A DNA stretch of 64,000 nt from Octopus vulgaris (lineage: Eukaryota), in contig OX597823.1 in NCBI GenBank assembly GCA_951406725.2, positions 44,392,001 through 44,456,000 of the forward strand, written 5' to 3'. The number at the start of each line of letters is the position of its first letter. Positions within the stretch are counted from its first letter, which is position 1. Positions 53,791 through 64,000 of the stretch are shown in pieces. The position numbers and the translations under genes were made by a program. The notes beneath the pieces are model-generated. The model made no database searches. It was not told the origin of the DNA and saw only the letters and a list, made by a program, of their open reading frames with translations.

Positions 53791-54194
53791 CTCTGTCGCA
53801 CTGTAAACCTTTCATCATCTGACACAAGATAACCTCCTCCAATGCCCCCTCCTCTCTCAAAGATTCGTTAGCTTGCAAGTTACTTGGTGACCCTGCCAGT
53901 GCTGGTGCCACTTAAAAAGCATCCAGTCAACACTGTAAAGTGGTTGGCATTTGGAAGGGCATCCAACTGTAAAAAACTATGCCAAAACTGACCTCGCCTG
54001 TTTTGGTGCCATGTAAAAAGCACTCAGCCTGCTCTGCAGGATGGTTGTTGTTAGAAAAGGCATTCAGCCATAAAAACCATGCCAAAAAAGACACAGAAAT
54101 CAGTCGCAGTTAGCTCCTGTCAAACTGTCCAACCCATGCCAGCATGGAAGGAGGACGTTAAACGATGATGATGAATTAGTTATACTCCTACAGT

Positions 54195-54518
54195 GAAGGC
54201 GCATGGCTTAGTGGTTAGGGGCATTTGGCTCATGATCGTAAGGTCGTGAGTTCAGTTCTTGGCAGCGCGTTGTGTCATTGATCAAGACAGTTTATTTCAC
54301 GTTGCTCCAGTCCACTCAGCTGGCAAAAATGAGTAGTACCTGTATTTCAAAGGGTCAGCTTTGTCACACTCTATGTCACGCTGAATCTCCCCGAGAGCTA
54401 CGTTAAGGGTACACGTGTCTGTGGAGTGCTCGGCCACTTGCATGTTAATTTCTCGAGCAAGCTGTTCCGTTGATCAAATCAGCTGGGACCCTTGTCTTTG
54501 CAACCAACAGAGTGCTCT
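54195..54518 (+). mobile_element. Full-length tRNA-derived SINE with 15-bp TSD
   Basis: TSD ttatactcctacagt; A-box TGGCTTAGTGG and B-box GAGTTCAGTTC. Confidence 0.88.
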
Positions 54519-54986
54519 TTATACTCCTACAGTACACAAAATATTTTAACAATTATTTTTATGCAATTCTTAATAATACTTAATTATAAAAATATAACAG
54601 GATTTTTTTTAATCATCGAATGGCTATGAAGGGTCCAGTAGAGAAACGGGTTGAGAAACTCTACACTAAACTTTGTTGACAGAAGGGAAATTATTGGTTT
54701 CAGATTTTGGCACAAGGCCAGCAAGTTTGGCAGGAAGAGTAAGTCAACTTATTTTCTCAACCCCAAAAGGATGAAAGGTAAAGTCGGCCTCTGCGAAATC
54801 TGAACTCAGAACGTAAAGACAAATGAAATGCTGCTAAGCATTTTGCATGGCATACTAACGATTCTGTCAGCTCAGAAGGGAAATTATTGATGTTAGTGTA
54901 GTACTGATGATAATGATTGATATTCATTGCTATTTTTAAATTCTCTTCTCTTTTTTGAAAATTTTTCTTCCGTTTCTTTTCATTAG

Positions 54987-55097
54987 AATTCCAAGAAGAT
55001 TTACCAAAGCATATTCAGACCACAGTTGAGTTCATGCACAGGTGTAATATCTTGATGCAAACCATGGATGATATTGATGGATCTTCTGCCGATACTG
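54987..55097 (+). CDS. MFHAS1: MFHAS1-like ROCO gene, coding exon 2 (111 nt, phase 1-1 linker EFQEDLPKHIQTTVEFMHRCNILMQTMDDIDGSSADT)
   Basis: Long polypyrimidine tract and cattAG acceptor ending 54986; donor CTG|GTAAAT after 55097. Open in the frame required by the upstream phase-1 donor; unique sequence among repeats. Confidence 0.8.
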
Positions 55098-56992
55098 GTA
55101 AATAAACTGCAATTTGTTTTCTTTTTTAATATATTTTCATACTATACATCATGCTTCCCATTTCCCTCTGCTATTACCATTCTCCACTTGTGGTCCATCT
55201 GTGAACCATTCAACTCAACTGTGTATTATTGTGTAGCTTAGAAGTTTACATAGTTTCAGATTGAGTCCTGCGGAATGACACCCTGGGTAAGTGTTGTCTA
55301 CCATAGCCTTTGATCAGTCCAATCTTTGTGAGTGAAATTGGTTGATAGAAACTGTGTGGAAGCCTAACAGAAGAACTAGTTTTTCATCTTTGTCTGGTTC
55401 TTGGACTTGTTTAATGGGTTCACTCTTCTGTTAGGAATTCAGCCTAAGTTTTAGGCCTGAAGATAACTTCTATTTTTTTCACCCATCTTCAAAGTTGAAG
55501 AAAAAAGCTAGGAGCACTACTTAAAATTGGGATCTTTGCCTATATAAAGTATTGAAGTAAGGCTCATCGGTTCATAATTATGAATCTACTGCAAGCATTT
55601 CTTTGTGTTTTTGTAGAATAACTTTATTGTAAATTGCCTCAGTTTATTCAGTTACCAGATGTATGGGATCATGATATCTATAGGTATCATTTTAAGATGA
55701 TTTCATGCAGAGATTTATGTCTTCTTTATTTGACACAGTGAAATAGATATTATAGAAACTTCTCAGCATTAAAGGGAGAAGTACATTTTCACATTTGATA
55801 TATTTCAATTCTACTTATTGTCTCACAAATGTGATGTAACTATCACAAACAAGAGCTATACAATTTGTTAAATTGATAGCTTGGGATACATTCTCTTTTT
55901 TATGCTAATAGTCTGACCAAGATACAGTCAATCTAAGCACATCACTATTATCTAAACCAATGAGGAAGCTTCTAAGCTGTTGTTCAATCTGTTGGAGATA
56001 GCAGCAAAATCTCTCTCAAATCACACTTTTTCTTTTTTTAAAGAATACAACACTGATATAAAAGAAAAACAGGACAGTCTTGGCTGGAATATTTTTGATC
56101 ATCAGTCAGTTTGGTCATGACTGACCTGCGACTAAACAGCAACATCACTATGTTTGGTACTGAGAATAAGTAGCATCCAACCATTAAAGAAAAGTAAAAG
56201 TGAAGAGTGAAAGTCTTGACAACCAAAATTAGATTTTAAATTGATGTGTTATCATCAGGTCATTTCTAATTTTGTAAACCTATGATGAAAGGAGTTCTGT
56301 CCTTTACCATGCAGTCTTTTTCTTTTAGGCATGGTGTGTCTGTGTTTACATTTTTCAATGTGTCCTTTTTTTTTTTAATGATTAATTTGGAAAAGATTTT
56401 GCTGCTATTTCTTGCAAGTCCAGTGACTGCATAGGAGCCCTGTTATTAGCTTTTCTTTACTGATTTTTATGATGCTGGCAATAGTGGTGGTGGTGGTAAA
56501 AATATTTGATCATTTCTCGATAATTTGGTACTTCAACACTAAATCACTTTGTCTCAGTTACTATGTAGAACTAAAAATGTGCATTAGCTTGTTTAATTGT
56601 CAAGCAGAGCAACTGTGGTATAAGTAATGGCAGTTCTTTAGTTGTGAGCCTATATTTTTTATTCATCCATTACAAGCTTCTCCCAATGGAAGGAATCATG
56701 ACGGATAATCAAAAAATATGTTAAGTTGGAGGAACTCTGAGGGTGTGAAATTCAACTCCCATGAACGCTCATCATCATCATTATCATTTAAAGTTCATTT
56801 TCCATGCTGGCATAAGTTGGACAGTTTGGCAGGAGCTAGTATGCCAGAAGACCGCACTAGACTCTACTCTCTGTTTCAGTATGGATTCCGTGGCTGGATG
56901 CCCTTCCCAATACCAATCTCTCTTGAGAGTGTGTTGGCATGGCACCAGCACTAGTGAAGTCACCAAGTAATTTGGAAGACAAAGACTCCTCA

Positions 56993-57956
56993 TTATTTAC
57001 ATTTGACGGATATTTGTCCTCATCTTGTTTCGGCTGATATACCCTCCAGCCTTCATCAGGTGTCTTGAGGAAATTTCAAACCTGGGTTCTCATTCCAAAG
57101 GTATCTTTCGTTGTCGCCGCTGTAGCAGCAGCAGCAGCAGTCTGTCTACCCTATGTGAAAAGCCTCTCCGAAAAGATACAGAAGATATGCGGCCAATATG
57201 ACATCAGGACAGTATTCAAAAGTAATACAACACTTTGCAAATATCTCCTTCGAGTAAAACCACCCATAGAAGAGAATATGACCAAGAACTGCGTGCACTC
57301 CATACCATGCAGCTGTGGTAGGCGAAACATGCTGCCCCCTCAAAATAAAGGTAGAGAAACATTGCAAAGCTGTGACACGGGGAGATATTGATAAAACAGG
57401 TATAGCTGATCATGTATGGAAAAATGGAGCCCACCTCCCCCTATGGAATGAAGTTAAAATAATAGACAGAGAACACCACTGAAAAATATGAAAACTAAAA
57501 GAAGCAGCACATATGCTAGGACACAACAACCTCCTAAGCAGACTGGGTGCAGATATGAACAGCATATGGGAACCGGTATTAAAGAAGGATAGGAGATTAT
57601 TAGATTTATAAGCCCTAAAATTCACTCCATAATTGCCCATGAGCATATGGCGTAGTGGTTAAGAGCTACTAACCCCAAGATTCTGATTTTGATTCCGGGC
57701 AGTGACCTGAATAATAATAATGATGATGATGATAATGGTTATGGTGGTGGTGGCTGCAGCAGTGGTGAAGAAGAAGACGACGACGATGACGCCACTGCCG
57801 ACAATTGTCTTAGAAATGAAAACCCAGGTTTGAAATTTCCCCAAGACACCTGATGAAGGCTGGAGAGTATATCAACCGAAATGTGTTAACAAACAAGATG
57901 AGGACAAATATTTGTAAATAATGTACATAATTCCTCATCTCTTAGATATAGAACTG
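56993..57956 (+). mobile_element. 5'-truncated Penelope-like element: inverted 5' pLTR, RT thumb/GIY-YIG remnant, tRNA-like segment, 3' pLTR with hammerhead motif; 12-bp TSD
   Basis: TSD aaagactcctca. Peptides LPYVKSLSEKIQKIC...IRTVFKS and NCVHSIPCSCG, GIADHVW and VKIIDRE...KLKEAAHM. 56993-57105 is the reverse complement of ~57805-57920. Confidence 0.85.
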
Positions 57957-58548
57957 AAAGACTCCTCAACTGAGAGGAAGGGTGGTATTGAGAGAGGTGA
58001 GTTTGTGCCAGGTGATGAAAGCTTAAACTATGATAGAAGAACTGAAACAGGTGTCTTGCTGTGGAGTAGATACATGGCTACCGCAGTTGGGGAGAGAGAG
58101 AAAGATGTTGATGTGCCAAGATGTACCCTCAAGATTGAAGGAGGTGGGTGTAAGTGGGGTGGTACAGAGGATTCACAAGAGTGCAAATGGGGAAAGGGGA
58201 AGAGAAGGGTTGCAGTGAACACTGTATACCAACATTTTGTTGGTATACAGGAAAGAGGGAGTCTAGCAATCACATCTAATGTCTTGAGAAATCCCATCTC
58301 TTTTAAAAATCAATGAGGTACCTTTTAAATCAGTTTTGGAAGAGATGAAGAAGCTAAAGTGACAAAGGTATAATTTGAATCTGAGAACTTTTTACAAAGT
58401 ATTCACTGCTTTGCCTGTCACTCAGATACAGTAAGCTGTAATTGAAAAAAGCAGAATAATATAATGAATTCTTAAATAATTTTAACAGAAATAAGTATAA
58501 GTTTCTTTTTATTTTATTAAAAAAAAATCTTTTCTTCATATTTTTCAG

Positions 58549-58832
58549 GCCTGCTGAGTGATCTGGGTTTAAGGTATTTGGCTGCCAAACTTGGCAAAGA
58601 TTGGTTTGCAGTTGGTCTCCAGTTGGGCTTACAACAAGCTGACATTGAAAGAATCCAACTTGACCATCCTTCTGACTCTTTCAAGCAAATCTTTACCCTC
58701 TTAGTTCTGTGGAGGGATAACAACAGGGGTAATTCCAATAGAATTGCAGAACTACTAAGCGCCCTGGAAATCAGTGAACTGAATGCGATAGTGGCAGAGC
58801 TAAAGAAGAAATATGCCATTGAGGACAGTTAA
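58549..58832 (+). CDS. MFHAS1: MFHAS1-like ROCO gene, terminal coding exon encoding a DEATH domain
   Basis: Acceptor tttttcAG ends 58548. Phase 1 gives GLLSDLGLRYLAAKLGKDWFAVGLQLGLQQADIERIQLDHPSDSFKQIFTLLVLWRDNNRGNSNRIAELLSALEISELNAIVAELKKKYAIEDS*, matching the death-domain pattern LA..LG.DW..LG..LGL....I..I..........L..W.......L..AL. TAA stop at 58830-58832. Confidence 0.88.
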
Positions 58833-59122
58833 TCTAGGTGAGTCACTAATTAGATCTTGGATTTTCGTATATGAACAAAACAAAAAAAAAGCATGCACAT
58901 TCACATATGCATACATGTGCGTATATACGCTTTTTCCTGATAATACAGCGACAATAACAGTTGGTACAACTGGAAAATGTATAAACACTCTTGTAAAGAC
59001 ATTGATTACCATAGGCACATTCCAAAAAAATACCAATACTAGAGTTGTTTTTATCAAAAAGCAAGTGTGTTTTCCGTGATGATTTGATTAGCAGTGCTGA
59101 GTTTTACAATTCTGTAAATATT

Positions 59123-59336
59123 CATTTCTATTCTATGCACAAGGCCCGAAATTTTGGAGGAGGCAGAGGTCAGTCGATTAGATCAACCCAGTATGCAACT
59201 GGTACTTAATTTATCAACCCCAAAAAGATGAAAGGCAAAGTCGACCTCGGCAGAATTTGAGCTCAGAACATAAAAACTGACGAAATACCACTAAGCATTT
59301 CACCCGGTGTGCTAACGTTTCTGCCAGCTCACCGAC
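59123..59336 (-). mobile_element. tRNA-derived SINE with 19-bp TSD, just 3' of the ROCO stop codon
   Basis: TSD ttacaattctgtaaatatt; same core as 53053-53285. Confidence 0.85.
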
Positions 59337-59358
59337 TTACAATTCTGTAAATATTAAT

Positions 59359-59560
59359 AATAATATTTTATAAGCTTAAAGCTAATAAGTGATCACTGTG
59401 TATTAACTTAAGAAAATAGTCTAATATTGAGGCATATAAAAGCCCTTAGTAGAAAAAATGGGTTTTCTGTATGTGTGGGACTTCAATCCACATCTTTATG
59501 TTTTTGTATTAGTCAATACATGGTGATCGCTTATAAGCTTTAAGCTTATAAAATATTATT
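59359..59560. mobile_element. Small MITE-like inverted repeat (~50-bp arms)
   Basis: aataatattttataagcttaaagctaataagtgatcac pairs with gtgatcgcttataagctttaagcttataaaatattatt. Confidence 0.75.
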
Positions 59561-61677
59561 TATCAATACTAGAATCTGTCGCATATAGCTTTTAGATAAC
59601 CTTAAACATAAGCAATTTTTCTGTGAAGTATCTGATTCTTTTTTATGTAATTAACATCAGAATAACTACTTAGCCTTTCTGGAGAAAGTTGCAAGTTGTA
59701 ATAGATTAGTGATTGGTTTATTTAGGAAAATATCAGATCTGTGCTTCATGTGCAGAAATAAGCACCAGTTTTAAAAACACTTTCCATAATTGAGTCAGGT
59801 TCTATTGACTAGCAGTCAGATCGCACTTTGCCATTTTGAAGAAGGAAGGAGACGTTCAATAATGTAAACCCAAATGTATTATTATATTTGGGAAGAGAGG
59901 AGAACCATAACTTGAATGTCTTTGATCACTTGCTACTTTATCACAGCTGATCTGAATCTAAGCAAAAAATAACACTTTCTTTATAAAAAATGTGACGGCT
60001 ATATTTTAGCAGAGTTACTTCCCTTATCATAGCTTCCTTCCCTTGATAATTTATGAACTTGATGGTTTTTCTTAAACTTTTCCTGCCATGACTGTTGGAT
60101 CGATAGTGCTATAAATTATCATACCTTAGTGAAAATGTTTTACACAAATGCTATTCCATTCATTGGTTATCCAACCTTCAATCTGAGAGGTTTAAAAAAA
60201 ATTTTTTCTTCTTGATTTAGTCATTGCACTGAGGTCATGCTAGGTCACTACCTTTAAAAGTGATGTAATCGATCGTATCGGTCTCAGTACCGATTTCAGT
60301 CTCGTCTTGTTTTATAGATCTATATTTATTGAATGGCAGGTCTAGTTTTTTTGTTTTTAGAAAACACCAGTTTACACTGGTAAGCACGCACACACACACG
60401 CGTTTGCACGTGCAACGCTTCTAGAGCTCTGAGATATTGCCAGCTGCTTACAGTGGTTGGTGGAAAATCAACTTTCACATTGTACAGGTTAGTAGAGGTT
60501 ATGACTGTTAGTAGCCAGGCAGTCATTATGAGTGTTGTTGAGTGCAGTTTATTGGGAATAGTGTAGCATATTGGGAATAGCCTAAATGTAATCTTTACTG
60601 GATTCCTGTTAAAATGGTAAATTAGTAACTTGCCCAAAGCAAGTATGATTGATATATAAGAGAAATTAAAGTATACTGGAGATTGTGTGGGCCAAGAAGG
60701 TAGGGAAAAGCTGGAATTAAAGGTAGATCAAAAATGGTAACACATGGATTGGGGTGTTTAACGCCAGTTCTGTTTGGGAAGGGGATAAAGAAGAAATGGG
60801 TGAAAATATCATAAAAAGGAAACGAAGGGAAGGGGAAAGAAAGATGAAATATTCTCATATAGTAAAGACGATAAAATACTAATAGACAGCTGATCATATT
60901 GTAGCTTTGCACTCAAGTATGTTTACGACTCATTGTTAATGGTGTCCTCCATAGCTGTGGTTTAGTTTTGTTTTTAATCGAGAAAAAAAATTTTTTTTTT
61001 TTTTGCAATGAAATGAGGATATAACAAACCCAACACTTCATCTGGTAAATGAACAAGGCCTATACTCTTTGCAGTTGAGGAAATTGTTGATGATATTTAT
61101 TCTTCAGATGAAGAGTATACAGTTATGCAGACAATGAGCATGATTTGGACAAATTTCTGAAAGAGATGAGAAAAGTAGTGATTTGGGTGAACAAATACAA
61201 TAGTTGAGAGATAGGTTTATTAATATTATTCTTCCGAATTTTTTATGATTCTGTCCATTAGTTTGCCTGCAGTTACTCTTGAGCTGTATATGCAGCTGTT
61301 TATATTTTTTTGCTCAGGAGCCCAGGTGGTAGATAAAGTTAGACACAGAAGCTTATGTCTAAGAGGGCTAAATATGTCCCCACTGAAGAATATTCATGCA
61401 GGAATGTTTGCTTGTTTAGGACGAATTCTCAAGGCATGGCTGTGTTGGAGCTGCTAGAAATTGAATTTACCTGTGTTGTGTGCTAGCTGACAATACATTT
61501 GTTCATTGCCTGTGTATTGTTGGCCAGTGAATTTATATTAAAGAGCTGTTAGCACATATGGGACAGATCTATCTATCAGCTGAGTCATGAACATTGAGCC
61601 ACTACCTTCTGTCTGAAGTTTGTGACAAAATTTCGTGATGACCGAATGTTTCCTCTCAGGCCAAGCATACATCAGCT

Positions 61678-62056
61678 TACTCTTTTACTCTTTTACTTGT
61701 TTAAGTCTTTTGACTGTGGCCATGCTGGAGCACTGCCCTTAGTTGAGCAAATCGACCCCAGGACTTATTCTTTGTAAGCCCAGTACTTATTCTATCAGTC
61801 TCTTTTGCCAAACTGCTAAGTTACGGCATTGGTTGTTGAGCGATGTTGGGGGGGGGAGGACAAACACATACACACACATATATATATACATATATACGAC
61901 GGGCTTCTTCCAGTTTCCGTCTACCAAATCCACTCACAAGGCTTTGGTCGGCCCGAGGCTTTAGAAGACACTTGCCCAAGGTGCCACACAGTGGGACTGA
62001 ACCCGGAACCATGTGGTTGGCAAGCAAGCTACTTACCACACATCCACTCCTGTGCC
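61678..62056 (-). mobile_element. tRNA-derived SINE (same family as 28049-28475)
   Basis: Colinear homology including head, microsatellite and tail. Confidence 0.85.
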
Positions 62057-64000
62057 TACTCCTGCGCTTGTTGAACTACTATTTGAAGAGGGAGATTAGG
62101 TACTGCCCTCCACCTAACTTTGTGGTTGGATGAACTCCGTTTTTAAAATGAGGCAAGAGGTTGTTATAGCATTGTACTAGGTGGACAAAGCTGGTTAGCA
62201 GGGAAAATAACTGAAGATATTTCTATTGGGAGTTAGTTGAGAGTATGAGTGATGATGACCTGGAACTGATTCAGGGCATTGATAAGAACAGCCTGAGTAG
62301 TCTCTTTTGGGGTACTTTCAGGTCAAAGACCTAGACAACTTCCAGAAGTCCTTGGCATGGTAGTACTATGGAGGTGAGATTGGGGTGGGGGGTAGGGCAT
62401 TGCTTTTTCAAGACAAGCTCTTCAGGCTGGAAACACCAACATGTAATATTTGTTTCAGCTTCTTAGGTTCTGAGTTCAAGTACTATTAAAATCAACTCAT
62501 GCCTTTCATCTCTCTGGGAGTGGGGTGGGTTCGATAAAATTAAGTACCAGTCATGTACTGAGGTCAATGGTTTTAACTACCACCCCCACTCGCCCACCTT
62601 CCTTCAAAATTGCTGGCTTTGTGCTTAAATCATACATTTATTTATCGCTTTTGTACTTTTTTCTGTCTTTGCAGGACCAACGGTAGACAAGTTAACCAAG
62701 TTAATATGGTGGTTTATTTGGCCATCATTGAGAAGTAGACAGAAGAGAGAGAGAGAGAAAAATGAAGAGAGAGGGAAGGCAAGGGAGGGAAAGGGAAGGT
62801 GATGACTGACACTACTTGTGATTTATTACATATACATGTTTATACACACACACATACTCTCACATGCACACACACACACACACAAACGCGCTCTTACTCT
62901 GCCATACATAGTGAGCACATAATCACGATGAATTCAGGTTATATATGCAGCTGTGGAAGACAAGCAAAATTTTGGTTTTTTTCCACCAAAAAAAAAAAAA
63001 CCTGCAAAACATTTTGCTAGAGATTTATTTTTTACAAAATTTTATTTATTTACTTTTTCCTATGATCTTTGACATTTTCTGGGTTTGAGGAATCCAAATT
63101 GGATTTGAGGGTTGGTTATGTGTTTTCCTTTTTGGGATGGAACAATTTTTTTTAAACATTTTGTTTCTTTTCCCTGTTTTTCTTTTATTCTTTTCCTCAG
63201 TGCACTTTCTGTGCTTGTATATAAGAATATTAACCTGAAGATCAATATTGTATTGTTTTGCTTTCTTTTGATAGTATGACCTTAATTCAAGGAGAATGGA
63301 CTGCCAGAATCGGTAGAGCAATGGACTAAATGCCTTGTCATAGTTATTTACATCCCTTTATGTTCTGAGTTCAAATCCTGCCGTGGTCAACTTCACTTTT
63401 TATCCTTTCAGGCTTCATGAAAAAAAGTTATAGTTAAGTAATGGTGAGTGTATGTGTGTGAATTGAAATCATTATGTCCCTGCCTCTTTAATTTCTTGCC
63501 TTGTTCTGCCAATTGTAGAACTTAAATGTTATGACTATATTTCTGTCAAGCACCATAGAGCAGAGGTACTCTTCATACAAGGCAAGTATGCCAGCCTATT
63601 TCATTTTCTGATTCTAGCCAATTCCTTTCTTCGTATGTATCAATAATGATTCTCGCATGAAGAGCATGAATATTATAGCACAATCTCATTTTACTCTTCT
63701 CCATTGATAAAGGCCTTCTGCCTATGTAAGCAGTCAATTTAAGGTCAATGTTCTTTCAAGATTTATGAGGTGAGGTGGGGTGGGGTATAACAAATCAAAC
63801 ACTGTCACCTGTATAAAAACCAGTGTGTGTGTGTGTGTGCGTGTGTAGGAGGTGGGTGAGGTACAGATTCTGTTATGTGTTTATGTGATTATCAAAATAT
63901 GCTCTAGTAATGCAATGGTGTTGGGTCACCTGATCATTTACATATGAAGATGATCTAGGAGTGGCCCAAAAGAGTAATTAGAAGCATTATGCATATCTGT

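Noticed and set aside
54195-54275. tRNA-like sequence (also 4617 and 57640)
   Set aside because: No complete cloverleaf; continues into SINE or PLE body with TSDs, so not a tRNA gene.

Overview
AT-rich, microsatellite- and repeat-dense eukaryotic genomic DNA. The repeat landscape (abundant tRNA-derived SINEs, RTE LINEs with (CAT)n tails, Penelope remnants, CpG depletion) suggests a coleoid cephalopod such as Octopus; this is inference. The window holds one well-supported host gene on the + strand, an MFHAS1/MASL1-type ROCO protein: about 16 LRRs, a Roc GTPase, COR and a Cys-rich tail. I could splice it by hand from three coding exons (45376-48487, 54987-55097, 58549-58832; both introns phase 1, GT-AG) into 1168 aa ending in a DEATH domain. 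Probable non-coding 5' exons lie at about 19230-19456 and 37165-37259, beside a CpG-retaining, possibly bidirectional promoter at about 18.8-20.1 kb. Most of the rest is mobile DNA: a young 5'-truncated RTE LINE with a PHD-like finger inside its RT, decayed RTE, CR1-like and R4-like LINEs, Penelope-like remnants with GIY-YIG and minimal hammerhead motifs, a deleted mariner, piggyBac, hAT and mariner MITEs (some nested), and an 828-bp near-perfect foldback element. Top leads are the LRR-Roc-COR-DEATH receptor-like architecture on phase-compatible exons, tRNA-head plus hammerhead Penelope terminal modules, and long dsRNA-forming structures in the pre-mRNA. All calls are by eye; no database searches were run.
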